Of a stretch of 64,000 nt of DNA, positions 10,346 to 20,766 are shown one piece after another. The stretch spans positions 46,758 to 110,757 of the forward strand of contig JBNRMN010000063.1 of NCBI GenBank assembly GCA_050309605.1. The letters are read 5' to 3'. The translations under genes and the position numbers were made by a program. The stretch is from Anaerohalosphaeraceae bacterium. GTDB lineage: Bacteria > Planctomycetota > Phycisphaerae > Sedimentisphaerales > Anaerohalosphaeraceae. Below the pieces are notes generated by a model. That model did not search any database. It worked only from the letters and a program-made list of their open reading frames with translations, and was not told the DNA's origin. Position 1 is the first letter of the stretch; every line of letters starts with the position of its first letter.

Positions 10346-10876
10346 CTATCTGCATTTATATATTGCCATAAACACCATGTAGGCAATCAACGCTATAATG
10401 GCGACCGTAATGGAGCGGACCGAACTTTTTAATTTTCTTGCTTTGTCTTGGTTGATTTCGTTAAGTCTTTCGGCGCTGTGCTCATAGGCATCAATGATCT
10501 TCCCGCGAACCGCCTCGTTTGTGCTTGCGTCTTTCAACAGTTCTTTTGTGCTGCCGGGATACTCGAAATCCTTGACCTGAAAGGCCGTCAGTGCCTTCAG
10601 AATACAAGCAACCAATCCCCCCGCGTGAACCACAAGGAAAACAAGAGCAAATAGAGATAAACAGATACATCCTTCTGACTTAAAGCATCCAAGCAGCTCG
10701 GCCGTCGTGTCAACATTCATCGCCTGAAAACCTACCAATAGCCCCGCAATGCCGATGACCCCCAGCGCCTTGTTGTCCAGCGTATCAAAATCCCCCGCAT
10801 AACGATCAAACAAACCCTTCGAGTAAGCGATCAAGTCCTGAGATGACCGGTAACTATCGTTATCATTGACTGCCAT
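10346..10876 (-). CDS. hypothetical membrane protein
   Basis: ORF with GGAG RBS and three hydrophobic segments; lower GC than the backbone. Confidence 0.7.
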   Translation of the reverse strand: MAVNDNDSYRSSQDLIAYSKGLFDRYAGDFDTLDNKALGVIGIAGLLVGFQAMNVDTTAELLGCFKSEGCICLSLFALVFLVVHAGGLVACILKALTAFQVKDFEYPGSTKELLKDASTNEAVRGKIIDAYEHSAERLNEINQDKARKLKSSVRSITVAIIALIAYMVFMAIYKCR

Positions 10877-10957
10877 TAACAAAACTCCATTCGTATCAGA
10901 TCATAACGTCATCACACATCTACTTCATATTCCTTCCAGGCCTCCGGCGGTAGCTCT

Positions 10958-12826
10958 TCAGTTGCTTTGCAATGTATTGAAGGAAATACAACTGCTCTTC
11001 AATTCTGTCTTTTTGAATTCCTCATCATAAAAGCGTCTGGCCCTTAAATTTTCTTCTTGCTCATCCAAAATGGATTCTATTAAAACAAGTAATTCTGTCA
11101 AATCAAATGGTATTGTAAGACCCGTGCAAAGATTTGGTTTTAGAATATCTTTGGGAAGTTCATGTATATGAGCGGAATAAAAAATAACAGGGACTTCTGG
11201 ACTTATTGTACAGATGTATTTTCTATAAAATGCAACTCCAGCCCATTTTTCGTTGCTGTCCACAAGGCAATTTCCAAAAGGCCTGTTCATATTTTGCATA
11301 ATCAGGTCATATTTTCTTTTTTGAATTAGACATAGTGCCGTATCGTTATCATATGCAGCTTCTACATCGAAATCGTTCATTTCGAATCTGTCTTTAAGTG
11401 TTTGTACTATATTTCTCTCGTCATTAATAATTAGAATTCTACGTTTATATTTAAAGGTCTTAAAGCCTTCGCATTGCTGTGGTTCATCGTCCATGTGTTC
11501 AGCTTTATCATAAAGGCCGGTAATATAATTGAGAATCAGACTGCAAACAACTTGAATGATCAATACGCCTAAGATTCCCGAGCTGATTTTCCAGAAAGGA
11601 GAAGTTGCATTGAATAACCCACCGAATGAAACACCGATATACCAACCATAAACAATTGACAAAATATAAGGGACAAACTGCTGCATAAAAGGTTCATGCG
11701 ATAGCAAAGCAAGAAAATTAGGAAGGAGCCAGAAAAACACCATTAAAGGCAGAAATAAAATGTTTCCGGTTACGAAAAGACAAATCGCTGTTAAAATTGG
11801 AAGGATATTGAACTGCCAGATATTTAAACAATGTACAGAGCCATATACGCGAGTATAAATCCTGCCGACAGAAAGATATTTTAGCCACAAGAGTACCAGC
11901 ACAATTCCTGCACTATATGCCGAGACACGAAAAAAAACATGCTCTTGATACAAATACATCAGGCCAGAAATACAAATCCCGAAAACAATAAGAATGGTCT
12001 TGATTAATGGTATGCTTAACCAATTTCCTCCGACAAGGTAAAGAGCGCCCCCGATTTTTTGACTTACCTTAAACCCAATTTCTTTTTGCAGGTATGAGGG
12101 CAACACTAAAGAATTTTCGTATAGTATAGATTGAGCTTCTTGACGCAAAGATTCATCATCCGGAAGTTTGTGCTGCAAGCAATAATATACATAAGGTGGG
12201 ATTGATACAATAAATTGATTTAAAGGAGAAAGCTCTTTGTATGGTATAGAACCCATATTGGAAATTATCAGAGTTTGATAAATAAGATCCTTTCTTTTTG
12301 TATCTATTACTCCTAGCGAACGCATAACTATATCAAACGCTTCTTCGTATTCAATTCCTTGTAGCAACACATGATTAAACGCATTCCCCAACTCGTGTAT
12401 CTGTTTATAGCAAAACTGTTTCATTCTGTCAGACATTATAACAACGTTGTCATTTGCACGTTCTGTACTTCTTATAGTCTGTTGCGATTCCCCATAATAA
12501 TTGGACCCGGGACTACCTTTTAGAAAACCCAATTCGATTAGACTCCACATTGGACCGATCAAGGGGACAAAGTTTACCAGACACCACCATCCTGACTTGT
12601 TTCGATCGTGCCATCTTTTGATTTGAATAACATAAAATGGCCAATTAAGACAAAGGCCTAAAATGACTAAATATATCACAAGGGAATTGCGATATAGAGC
12701 TTCGCTATCGAACTCATCTAAATAAGCAAGGATAATTCCGGGTAAACAGCACAAGGAACACACAAGCCAGAATGTTTTTCGATTGACTCGTCCGAACGGC
12801 GAAAATAACAGTTCAATGACAGACAT
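10958..12826 (-). CDS. DUF805 + multi-TM + C-terminal receiver-like domain fusion
   Basis: N-terminal GRVNRKTFW...IKRWHDRNKSGWW...GSNYYG (DUF805); hydrophobic central region; C-terminal RILIINDE...YDLIMQN...PVIFYSA (REC fold); AT-rich. Confidence 0.75.
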   Translation of the reverse strand: MSVIELLFSPFGRVNRKTFWLVCSLCCLPGIILAYLDEFDSEALYRNSLVIYLVILGLCLNWPFYVIQIKRWHDRNKSGWWCLVNFVPLIGPMWSLIELGFLKGSPGSNYYGESQQTIRSTERANDNVVIMSDRMKQFCYKQIHELGNAFNHVLLQGIEYEEAFDIVMRSLGVIDTKRKDLIYQTLIISNMGSIPYKELSPLNQFIVSIPPYVYYCLQHKLPDDESLRQEAQSILYENSLVLPSYLQKEIGFKVSQKIGGALYLVGGNWLSIPLIKTILIVFGICISGLMYLYQEHVFFRVSAYSAGIVLVLLWLKYLSVGRIYTRVYGSVHCLNIWQFNILPILTAICLFVTGNILFLPLMVFFWLLPNFLALLSHEPFMQQFVPYILSIVYGWYIGVSFGGLFNATSPFWKISSGILGVLIIQVVCSLILNYITGLYDKAEHMDDEPQQCEGFKTFKYKRRILIINDERNIVQTLKDRFEMNDFDVEAAYDNDTALCLIQKRKYDLIMQNMNRPFGNCLVDSNEKWAGVAFYRKYICTISPEVPVIFYSAHIHELPKDILKPNLCTGLTIPFDLTELLVLIESILDEQEENLRARRFYDEEFKKTELKSSCISFNTLQSN

Positions 12827-13152
12827 TACGGATCCCCTTTACTGTTATAGAGAGCGATACCCGATACGATAAACGTCGCGCCGCAGATCACATCAATCGG
12901 AATCCATAGCTCCCGTGGCAGATGGATTGGAACGAATGGATTGAACAGCGCTGCGATTCCCCCGAACAGCCATGCGGCCCGCAACTTCCCCCATTGATAT
13001 GCGGTATAGGCAAAATACGCCCCGACCCCGCACACGACCAGCCGCAGCAATTGATAATACCCATACGGCCACGGCCCAACAGCAGCCAGCAGCATCGCTC
13101 CTGCCCCGACTCCCGGCCACAAAAGCGACCTATTCCAAATGCCCTTGTTCAT
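12826..13152 (-). CDS. small membrane protein (DUF6804-like)
   Basis: PYGYYQLLR, ALFNPFVPIHL, WIPID. Confidence 0.75.
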   Translation of the reverse strand: MNKGIWNRSLLWPGVGAGAMLLAAVGPWPYGYYQLLRLVVCGVGAYFAYTAYQWGKLRAAWLFGGIAALFNPFVPIHLPRELWIPIDVICGATFIVSGIALYNSKGDP

Positions 13153-13328
13153 TCTTTGCGCCCTGATGATGTTTTTGGCAATTTCAGGTCTATCTTGTCC
13201 CGAAACAGCCTTGTATTCAAAAAATTTGACAAAACCCTATCGGCCTTTGAGCGCCCGCACTTAATGTAATAATCTGAAAAACCGAACAATCAGAAGAAAC
13301 GGTATCCGTCCTTTATGAAGAATCGGTC

Positions 13329-13838
13329 CTACAGGTTTCGCCGGACGACTGCTGCGGCGGCCAGTTTCTGGCTGACGCTGCTGTCGGGATCGGTCACGGT
13401 CATGACGATGCGCACATTGCGTGTCAGATCAGGATCGCCGTTCACCGCCGCCCGGCTGAATGTCATTGCAGAAATATGCCGGCAGAGCACATATTCATCT
13501 GCATCCGCATCTGTCTTAAGATAGAGGATTCCGGACGGGCGGTGAAATCGATACGTAATTGAAACGGGCGGAATATCGGGCGTGGTTAAGCTCAGATAGT
13601 CGTTGTCCTCATCGCTTTCAATCGCGACATTGTTGGCCGTGCGCACGTCGTTGGTCAGACGCAGCAGGGTCTGGCGGGCGGCATTGACGGTGCGGTAGAT
13701 GCCCTGGTTGTCCTGATAATTCTTGATCGAGGCGTCAAAGGCCACCGCCACCGCCGCCATCAGCATCCCGAAAATCGCCAGCGACAGCAGCAGCTCCACC
13801 AGGGTAAACGCTTTTTGATGTTTCTTATGCATAGTCAT
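13329..13838 (-). CDS. prepilin-type N-terminal cleavage/methylation protein (minor pilin)
   Basis: KAFTLVELLLSLAI class III signal. Confidence 0.85.
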   Translation of the reverse strand: MTMHKKHQKAFTLVELLLSLAIFGMLMAAVAVAFDASIKNYQDNQGIYRTVNAARQTLLRLTNDVRTANNVAIESDEDNDYLSLTTPDIPPVSITYRFHRPSGILYLKTDADADEYVLCRHISAMTFSRAAVNGDPDLTRNVRIVMTVTDPDSSVSQKLAAAAVVRRNL

Positions 13839-13852
13839 CGCTCCGTTTTCAG

Positions 13853-13936
13853 CAAAAGCCAGGCCGCGCGAGCGGCCGGATAACGACACCCTGTCGGCAT
13901 CGTCTTTATCGGACAGCTCGCGCTGCCGCGCTGTTT
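13853..13936. repeat. REP-like palindromic element, family B
   Basis: AAAGCC..GCCGCGCGAGCGGCCGGAT...ATCGGACAGCTCGCGCTGCCGCG; related copies at 41170, 54723 and 54943. Confidence 0.6.
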
Positions 13937-14372
13937 AATCCAGATTGGCCCGAATCCAACTCGCTTCGCTAATGAATTGATCGTTTTTGTAAATACGAAC
14001 GGTAATTTTTCGAAAGTCGGTGGTAGGGTTAGCGGGTGTCTCAAAATCCACACCTGAAACAGGTTTTACATAGACTTTTTGTGTGAATGCGGCAAAGTCG
14101 TCCAGCGGATTGCCTTCCATATCAATCGGTGTCGGATATACAATCCAATCCGATGTCGGCGTAAAATCATTGAATGCCATAATCGCATAGCGTTCGCGGA
14201 TTTCTTCGATGAGAAACTCAGCGGTTGACAGATCGACGCCGGCGGCGTTGGCCATCGTAAAGGCCGTGTTCGAGGCAACCAGCGCCGCGATCACCAGTCC
14301 GATCAGCAGCGCGGCAAACAGCGACTCAAGCAGCGTAAAACCGCCCATTTGCTTTCCACGTCGTCTATTCAT
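13935..14372 (-). CDS. prepilin-type protein (PilV/GspI-like)
   Basis: GGFTLLESLFAALLIG class III signal; GGAG RBS. Confidence 0.85.
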   Translation of the reverse strand: MNRRRGKQMGGFTLLESLFAALLIGLVIAALVASNTAFTMANAAGVDLSTAEFLIEEIRERYAIMAFNDFTPTSDWIVYPTPIDMEGNPLDDFAAFTQKVYVKPVSGVDFETPANPTTDFRKITVRIYKNDQFISEASWIRANLD

Positions 14373-14472
14373 ATTCAGCTCCAATGATTATTTCAGCGTT
14401 CACAGCGTTTGGATGGACGATGGACGATAAAAAGATCTCCATCGAAAATCGTCCGTCGTCCATCGTCATTTC

Positions 14473-15633
14473 CTATCCCGTCGCCAGACTGGACATCTTG
14501 AAGATGGGCAGAATAATACTCATCGCGATAAAGCCGACCAGCACCCCCATCACGACGATCATAATCGGTTCGATCATACTGGTGACGGTTTTGATCACGG
14601 TTTTCAGTTCGCGGGCATAGAACTCGGAGATATCGCCGAGCACTTCGCCGAGCGTGCCGGATTCTTCGCCGCTTTGAATCATCTGGACGACATTACCGGG
14701 CATCAGCGCATAATCGCCGAGACTGCCGGCGATCTTGCGTCCCTGACGCACCGCCTCGTGCACGCCTTTCCACATATGCTCATACAGCATGTTGCCGGAG
14801 ATGTGCGCGGTAATGGAAAGCGAGTCCAGAATCGGCACGCCCGCGTTGGTCAACACACCCATCGTGTGCATACTCCGGGTAATATACAGGCTGCGGCACA
14901 GCGTCTTGAGCAGCGGAATCCGCAGTTTGGTTTTGTCCCACCAGTATTTGCCTCCGGCGGTTTTATTGGTGACATACCAGAACCCCATCAGCGCTGCGCC
15001 GAGGCCGGGAAAGATCAGGAACCAATAGCTGCTCATCACGCCGCTGATGACCATAATGATGCGCGTCGGCGTCGGCAGCAGGTGCTCTCGACCGGCAAAG
15101 ACGGTCAAAAACCGCGGCAGCACAAAGGTCAGCAAAAACGTCGTCGTCGAAATGGCCATCACGGCAATGATGATCGGATAGACCATCGCGCTGATGACCT
15201 GGCTGCGGGTCTCGGCCTCCTGATCGAGGTATTCGACAAGCTGCTGGAGCATTGAACTCATCGAGCCGGAGATTTCCGCCGCGGCGATCATATTGATATA
15301 CAGATTGCTGAACACCTCAGGATGTTCGGCCAGTGCCTGCGAGAAACTCTGTCCGCCTTCAATGCGGTTTTTCAGGTCAAAGACAACGGTGCGAAATTTT
15401 TCTTTTTCAATTTGCGAGCCGATGGATTCCAGTGCATCCTGCAGGCTGATGCCGGCGCGAACCATGACCGCCAATTGGTTGCTGAAGTTTAGTATATCTT
15501 TACGACTGGGGCCGAACTCCATTCGAAATCCGCTTTTGGCCGGACGTGCGGCCTGTTCGGATGCGCCGCGGGTCTGGCGGGACGGAGCGGCGGATTTCTG
15601 CTTCTTGGCCGTCAACTGTTCCATAAACGACAT
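14473..15633 (-). CDS. pilC: type IV pilus/T2SS inner-membrane platform protein (PilC/GspF)
   Basis: QLAVMVRAGISL, GQSFSQAL, AAEISG, AMVYP, GEESGTL, IEPIMI. Confidence 0.9.
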   Translation of the reverse strand: MSFMEQLTAKKQKSAAPSRQTRGASEQAARPAKSGFRMEFGPSRKDILNFSNQLAVMVRAGISLQDALESIGSQIEKEKFRTVVFDLKNRIEGGQSFSQALAEHPEVFSNLYINMIAAAEISGSMSSMLQQLVEYLDQEAETRSQVISAMVYPIIIAVMAISTTTFLLTFVLPRFLTVFAGREHLLPTPTRIIMVISGVMSSYWFLIFPGLGAALMGFWYVTNKTAGGKYWWDKTKLRIPLLKTLCRSLYITRSMHTMGVLTNAGVPILDSLSITAHISGNMLYEHMWKGVHEAVRQGRKIAGSLGDYALMPGNVVQMIQSGEESGTLGEVLGDISEFYARELKTVIKTVTSMIEPIMIVVMGVLVGFIAMSIILPIFKMSSLATG

Positions 15634-15705
15634 GATGGTATTCCCCATTGTTGTGTGCTCGAATGCACGCACTCATTTGAAAACAATTCAAACTCCACGC
15701 TATGC

Positions 15706-15752
15706 AATTCAGAATTCAGAATTCAGAATTCAGAATTTAGAATTTAGAATTT
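15706..15752. repeat. heptamer tandem repeat (AATTCAG/AATTTAG, about 6.5 units)
   Basis: Read directly between pilT and pilC. Confidence 0.9.
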
Positions 15753-15754
15753 TC

Positions 15755-16840
15755 TTATGCGTTCTGCATGGCCGGTTCGGGCCGCGCCGGCAGCAGTTTT
15801 TCCATCTTGCCGGGATTGCTGGATCGCATAATCGCCTCGTCGCGTTCAATAAAGCCCTGCATATACATATTTTGAATGCTGTGGTCCATGCTCTGCATTC
15901 CCAGCCGCCGCGATGTTTCGATGATGTTGGGAATTTCATAGACGCGGTTTTCACGGATGCAGTTGCGAACCGCCGAGGTACACAGCAGGATTTCGACGCA
16001 CGGCACCATCCCCGGCTTATCCACGCGGCGAAACAGCGTCTGCGAGATGACGGCCTGAAGCGTGTTGGACAGCATCGCGCGAATCTGGTTCTGCTGACTG
16101 GCCGGATAAATGTCGATGATACGTTCGACGGTCTGCGAGGCGTTGACGGTGTGCAGCGTGCTGAAGACCAAATGCCCCGTTTCGGCGGCGGTGATGGTCG
16201 AACTGGTCGTCTCCAGGTCGCGCATTTCGCCGACCAGAATGATATCCGGGTCCTGACGCAGGACGTGCCGCAGGCCGGAGGCAAACGACGTGCAGTCCGA
16301 ACCGATTTCACGCTGTTCAATCATACACGATTTATTGTCGAGCAGATATTCGACGGGATCTTCCAGCGTGATGATGCGTTTTTTGTATTTGCGGTTAATC
16401 ACGCCGATCATCGCCGCCAGCGAGGTACTCTTGCCCGATCCGGTATGGCCGGTGACAATGACCAGTCCGCGGGGCAGGTCGGTCAGTTCCTTGACGACTT
16501 CAGGCAGATGCAGGTCGTCGATATTGGGTACTTGATTGGAAATGGCACGAAACGAGATCGCGATGCCGGCCTTCTGGAAGTGGGCGTTGACGCGGAACCG
16601 GCTGCCGTCGTCGATCATGGTCGAGAAATCCAGGTCGCGTTTTTCCATAAACGCCTTGAATTTCGCCTCGCCGACCATCGCCAGCACCATCTTGCCGGCG
16701 TCCTCTTCGCTGACCACCGGCAGATCCATCAAAATCAGTTCCGTGTTAATTCGCATCACCGGCGGCATGCCGACATTGATGTGCACGTCCGAGGCGCCGC
16801 GTTCAATGGCGGTCGCAAGCATTTGTTTAATATCAATCAT
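15755..16840 (-). CDS. pilT: type IV pilus retraction ATPase
   Basis: ASDVHI, GHTGSGKSTS, ITLEDPVE, RQDPDIILVGEMRD, AETGHLVFSTLH, AVRNCIRE (AIRNLIRE-like). Confidence 0.9.
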   Translation of the reverse strand: MIDIKQMLATAIERGASDVHINVGMPPVMRINTELILMDLPVVSEEDAGKMVLAMVGEAKFKAFMEKRDLDFSTMIDDGSRFRVNAHFQKAGIAISFRAISNQVPNIDDLHLPEVVKELTDLPRGLVIVTGHTGSGKSTSLAAMIGVINRKYKKRIITLEDPVEYLLDNKSCMIEQREIGSDCTSFASGLRHVLRQDPDIILVGEMRDLETTSSTITAAETGHLVFSTLHTVNASQTVERIIDIYPASQQNQIRAMLSNTLQAVISQTLFRRVDKPGMVPCVEILLCTSAVRNCIRENRVYEIPNIIETSRRLGMQSMDHSIQNMYMQGFIERDEAIMRSSNPGKMEKLLPARPEPAMQNA

Positions 16841-16890
16841 CGCAAAATCCTTAGTCTGATTTCTGGTCGTTGTCTTCTGTCTTTTGCCGT

Positions 16891-18753
16891 TTATCCACTG
16901 GCGTTTCGGCTGAAGGCCGCCGGATCAAGACCTTCGGCCTCGGTTACCCGCAGAACTTCTTCGATGCTGGTGATGCCGTGTTTGACCTTGGTCAGGCCGT
17001 CTTCAAACAAGCTGGGCCAGCCGCTGTTGCGAAACGCCCGCCGCATGTTGTTGACCGACGAGTCGGAGTTGATCATTTCGCGAAAGGCGTCGTCCACGAT
17101 CAGCAGTTCGTGGATGCCGCAGCGTCCGGCATAACCGCTGTTGCGGCACTGATCGCAGCCTTTGCCCATCAGCAGTTCGTGCGGCTCGATCCGGCCAATC
17201 TCAAGATATTTTCGCAGATTGTCCGGCGGATCAAACGGCTCTTTGCAGTTGGTGCACAGCCGACGCACCAGACGCTGAGCCAGAATGCCGTTCAGCGATG
17301 CGGCGATCAGATACGGCTCCAGCCCGATATTGACCAGACGCGACACACTGCTGGGCGCGTCGTTGGTGTGCAGTGTACTGAGCACCAAATGGCCGGTCAG
17401 AGCCGCCTGTACCGCGATCCGTGCGGTTTCCGAGTCGCGGATTTCGCCGATCATAATGATGTCCGGATCCTGCCGCAGCAGCGACCGCAGCGCCGCCGAA
17501 AAGGTCAGGCCGGCCTTTTCGTTGACCTGCACCTGATTGCAGAATTCAAGGTTGTATTCGACCGGATCTTCCACGGTGGACACATTCAACGTCTTGCTGT
17601 CCATCTGGGCCAGCGCCGAATACAGGGTGGTGCTTTTACCGCTGCCGGTCGGACCGGTGACCAGCAGGATACCGTGGGGCCGGGCGATTTGCTCGCGAAA
17701 GGCCTCCAGCAGCCGCGGCTCCATTCCCATTTTGTCCAGCCCGATCATAATGCTCTTGCTGTCCAGCAGGCGGATGACCACCTTTTCGCCGTGGCTGGTC
17801 GGCAGCACCGAGACGCGCAGGTCAACGCCGCGACCGCCCATAATGACGGCGATTTTGCCGTCCTGCGGAATGCGCCGCTCGGATATGTCCAGATTGGACA
17901 TAATCTTCAGACGCGAGACAATCGCCGCGTGCATTTTGGCCGGCGCCTGCATCGAGTCAAACAGCACGCCGTCGATACGGTAGCGGATTTTGGTTTGTTT
18001 TTCCTTCGGCTCGATATGAATGTCGCTGGCGCCTTCGTGCAGCGCGTTGCTCAGGACATAATTGACGAATTTGATGACAGGCGATTCGCCGGCGCTTTTT
18101 TCGAGGTCTTCGATGTCCTCTTCGCTGTCCTGCACCAGTTCAATATCGTCCAGGTCGCTGACAAACTCGTCCACATTGTAGTTGAACTTACTGTCATCAA
18201 AAGCTTCGCAGACCTTGTCGATGTCTTCAGCCGGACAGACGATCACATCAACCGTCATTCCCGTTTGCCGCTTGACATCGTCAATCGCAAACACGTTGGC
18301 CGGATCGGACGTGCCGACGGTCAGCACATTGTCCTGCACGGCAACCGGCAGCAGGTGATTGGTGCTGATGTATTTAAGATCGAGCATGCCGAATGCTTTT
18401 TTGTCCACATCGTCCGGGTCAATGCGGCGAAACGCATAGCCGTACAATTCGGCCTTGGCGATCAGAATCTGTTCCTGGCTGATCTCGCAGCGGTCCAGGA
18501 TTTTTTCGACCGGGCAGCCGCTGCGCCGCCGTTCGTCGCGAATCTGAGCGGCCTGTTCGTCATCAAGCAGCGACTGACTGACCAGAATATCGACCACGTC
18601 CCTGAAGCGCGTCTTGGATGCGGTCATCTGCGGACTGTACAGATTGCGCAGCCCCGGCGCCAGTTCGGTCTGGCCGGTGTCCGAGTCATCCAGGATCGCG
18701 CTGTAATCGGCGGGAGGCGCCGACGGATTTTTTTTGCTGAATATCCGTTTCAT
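16891..18753 (-). CDS. pilB: type IV pilus assembly ATPase (PilB/GspE)
   Basis: ASDIHIEP, DISERRIPQDG, GPTGSGKSTT, RQDPDIIMIGEIRD, tetracysteine CTNC/CDQC. Confidence 0.9.
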   Translation of the reverse strand: MKRIFSKKNPSAPPADYSAILDDSDTGQTELAPGLRNLYSPQMTASKTRFRDVVDILVSQSLLDDEQAAQIRDERRRSGCPVEKILDRCEISQEQILIAKAELYGYAFRRIDPDDVDKKAFGMLDLKYISTNHLLPVAVQDNVLTVGTSDPANVFAIDDVKRQTGMTVDVIVCPAEDIDKVCEAFDDSKFNYNVDEFVSDLDDIELVQDSEEDIEDLEKSAGESPVIKFVNYVLSNALHEGASDIHIEPKEKQTKIRYRIDGVLFDSMQAPAKMHAAIVSRLKIMSNLDISERRIPQDGKIAVIMGGRGVDLRVSVLPTSHGEKVVIRLLDSKSIMIGLDKMGMEPRLLEAFREQIARPHGILLVTGPTGSGKSTTLYSALAQMDSKTLNVSTVEDPVEYNLEFCNQVQVNEKAGLTFSAALRSLLRQDPDIIMIGEIRDSETARIAVQAALTGHLVLSTLHTNDAPSSVSRLVNIGLEPYLIAASLNGILAQRLVRRLCTNCKEPFDPPDNLRKYLEIGRIEPHELLMGKGCDQCRNSGYAGRCGIHELLIVDDAFREMINSDSSVNNMRRAFRNSGWPSLFEDGLTKVKHGITSIEEVLRVTEAEGLDPAAFSRNASG

Positions 18754-19406
18754 TCGTCCATCTTCAATTGAATGCTGAGACCTTCATAAGTCAAATCGAC
18801 GGTGTTAGTGCCGATATGACTGACGGTCAGGTCGTTGATTTCGTCGCCGACATACAGTATTTTATCGTTGATCATACAGCATACCCCGCGCGGGGTGGAG
18901 GTAATCGACCAGAGCTGCATCTCCTGCGCTGTCCGGCTGATCTTGTCCTGCATCAGCCGAAGCTGTTCCTGTCGCCGGCGGTCTTCGTCGCTGCCGGCCT
19001 GGCCGGCGGCGACTTCCCGTTTGAACGGATTTTTCTGAAGTTCATCGACGTGGATTTGTCCGATATTGGAGAACTGATAAAAACGCCCCACGACCGAATC
19101 CATTTGGGTGTTCATTTCCGTCTGCATCCCGCTCAGCTGGGCGATGGCCGCTTCCAACTGGGTCTGGTCTTCGGCGGCCGCGGCCGCGGCCGATGCCGGC
19201 GTGGTTTTTTTAATCATAAACCATACCCCCAGCGCTCCGACGGCAAACATCACCATCAGCATAATCGTGCTTTGCCGCAGTTTCCGCGTATGCCCCGAGA
19301 CGGTCAGAAAATCGTTCTGGAGACTGGGCGCTTCCGTGCCGTTTTCCTGAGATGAGGCCTCGACAGCGGGTATCTTGCTTTGACCTTCTTTTAAGTATGA
19401 CAACAT
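18750..19406 (-). CDS. hypothetical pilus-associated protein (PilP/GspC-like position)
   Basis: One TM, KNPF motif, C-terminal MINDKILYVGD beta domain; lies between pilO and pilB. Confidence 0.65.
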   Translation of the reverse strand: MLSYLKEGQSKIPAVEASSQENGTEAPSLQNDFLTVSGHTRKLRQSTIMLMVMFAVGALGVWFMIKKTTPASAAAAAAEDQTQLEAAIAQLSGMQTEMNTQMDSVVGRFYQFSNIGQIHVDELQKNPFKREVAAGQAGSDEDRRRQEQLRLMQDKISRTAQEMQLWSITSTPRGVCCMINDKILYVGDEINDLTVSHIGTNTVDLTYEGLSIQLKMDE

Positions 19407-19444
19407 AACCGAACTCCGTAAAAGAGGGAACGTAACAGTTGTGC

Positions 19445-19981
19445 TCAGGCCGGAGATTTCTGGAAGAAAATACTCATGACAAATTCCGATTCGGTCTGGC
19501 CTTCGGTTTGTGATTTCTTTTTGAGTTTGAGTTCGCGGATTTTGGTGATGCGATCCAGTTTTTCCAACTCCAGCAGAAATGCATAATAGGCGTGAAAATC
19601 GCCGTGCAGTTCCATGCGGAGCGGCTGTTCGATGTATCCTCTATTTTCAACGGCCTTCATCGTTCGAATGGTTTTGGGCGTTAGGCCGTGGCGTTGTGCG
19701 ATCAGCGTCACGTTTTCAAGAACGGTGTGAATTTCGCTGCTGGGCGGCAGTTTGCTCTCAAAGACGGCAATGGCCTCTTCTACTTTGTGAAGCTGCCCGG
19801 TCAGGTCATCGGCTGCTGCGGTGGCCCGCTCCAGCTCGTCGAGCTTGGCGCGTTTTTGCTCCATGGCCGTGCGTTCCTGATCCAGGTGAGTGTTGGCCGG
19901 TTTGATCATATAAGCATAGGCCGCATAGGCCAGCCCGATGATCAGAACAAAGAAAATCAAATGTCGAAATCCGCTTGTCAT
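19445..19981 (-). CDS. pilO: type IV pilus assembly protein PilO
   Basis: TM, coiled coil, KLPPSSEI, GDFHAYYAFLLELEKLDRI. Confidence 0.8.
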   Translation of the reverse strand: MTSGFRHLIFFVLIIGLAYAAYAYMIKPANTHLDQERTAMEQKRAKLDELERATAAADDLTGQLHKVEEAIAVFESKLPPSSEIHTVLENVTLIAQRHGLTPKTIRTMKAVENRGYIEQPLRMELHGDFHAYYAFLLELEKLDRITKIRELKLKKKSQTEGQTESEFVMSIFFQKSPA

Positions 19982-20007
19982 AGGACAGGTCCTTTCTCGC
20001 AGACGAC

Positions 20008-20718
20008 TTATAACAGGGCTTCGTCGCGTTTACGCCGTATGGAGTCAATATCTTCTTTGGTCAGTGTCAGATTGGGCTTGAGCATAGCGCGCAGCTTGAA
20101 TTCGCGAAACTTCACCTCGTCGATGATCCGTTCTTTGGATTCCACCAGCTCGACGCGCCCCAGCAAAATGGAACCGTTCAGCCGAGCGATGTAGGCGGCC
20201 ACTTCAATATCACTGGGGGCGATGCCCATCAATTCGAGGTTGGTCTCGATCCGACGCTGCGGTTCTTCAGGGGCCTGGGGTTTGGCGGTTTTGGCCTGAT
20301 ATTGATTGGCGGGCTTGCTTGCCGGTTTTGTCGATGCGGAAGCGACGCGCAGCTCTTTTTCCTCCAGACCCAGATCCAGAAGCGAAACACCCGTCGGCAG
20401 ATTATTGGTCAGTGCGGCCAGGATGACGCTGCGGGGCACCGGCTCAAGCAGTTCAGCCGTCATCACCATGGTTTTGAGCATGGTCTGCCCTTTGGCCTTG
20501 AGTTCTTCAAGCTGGGCAATCTGTTCTTTGGCTTTGGCCATCCGTGCATTGAGTGTGATCATTTCCATATTCACGGCCCGCTGACGCATTTTAATAAAGC
20601 CGAATGTAATGCCAATAGCTCCCAGCATCGCCATCAACAGCATCAGATACATCAGATTGGCGCGACTGGATTGGCGCTGCTGAATGTAATCATTCGGAAC
20701 AAAATTGATCGTTCCCAT
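20008..20718 (-). CDS. pilN: type IV pilus assembly protein PilN
   Basis: N-terminal INFVP (INLLP-like), TM, coiled coil, LPTGVSL. Confidence 0.8.
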   Translation of the reverse strand: MGTINFVPNDYIQQRQSSRANLMYLMLLMAMLGAIGITFGFIKMRQRAVNMEMITLNARMAKAKEQIAQLEELKAKGQTMLKTMVMTAELLEPVPRSVILAALTNNLPTGVSLLDLGLEEKELRVASASTKPASKPANQYQAKTAKPQAPEEPQRRIETNLELMGIAPSDIEVAAYIARLNGSILLGRVELVESKERIIDEVKFREFKLRAMLKPNLTLTKEDIDSIRRKRDEALL

Positions 20719-20766
20719 AAGAACCTCGGTTAAAAATCAATACCATTTCGATTTCTGTCACAACCT

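Noticed and set aside
15293..18771. Long plus-strand ORFs of 613 and 633 aa
   Set aside because: Antisense shadows of pilC, pilT and pilB, as expected in GC-rich coding DNA.
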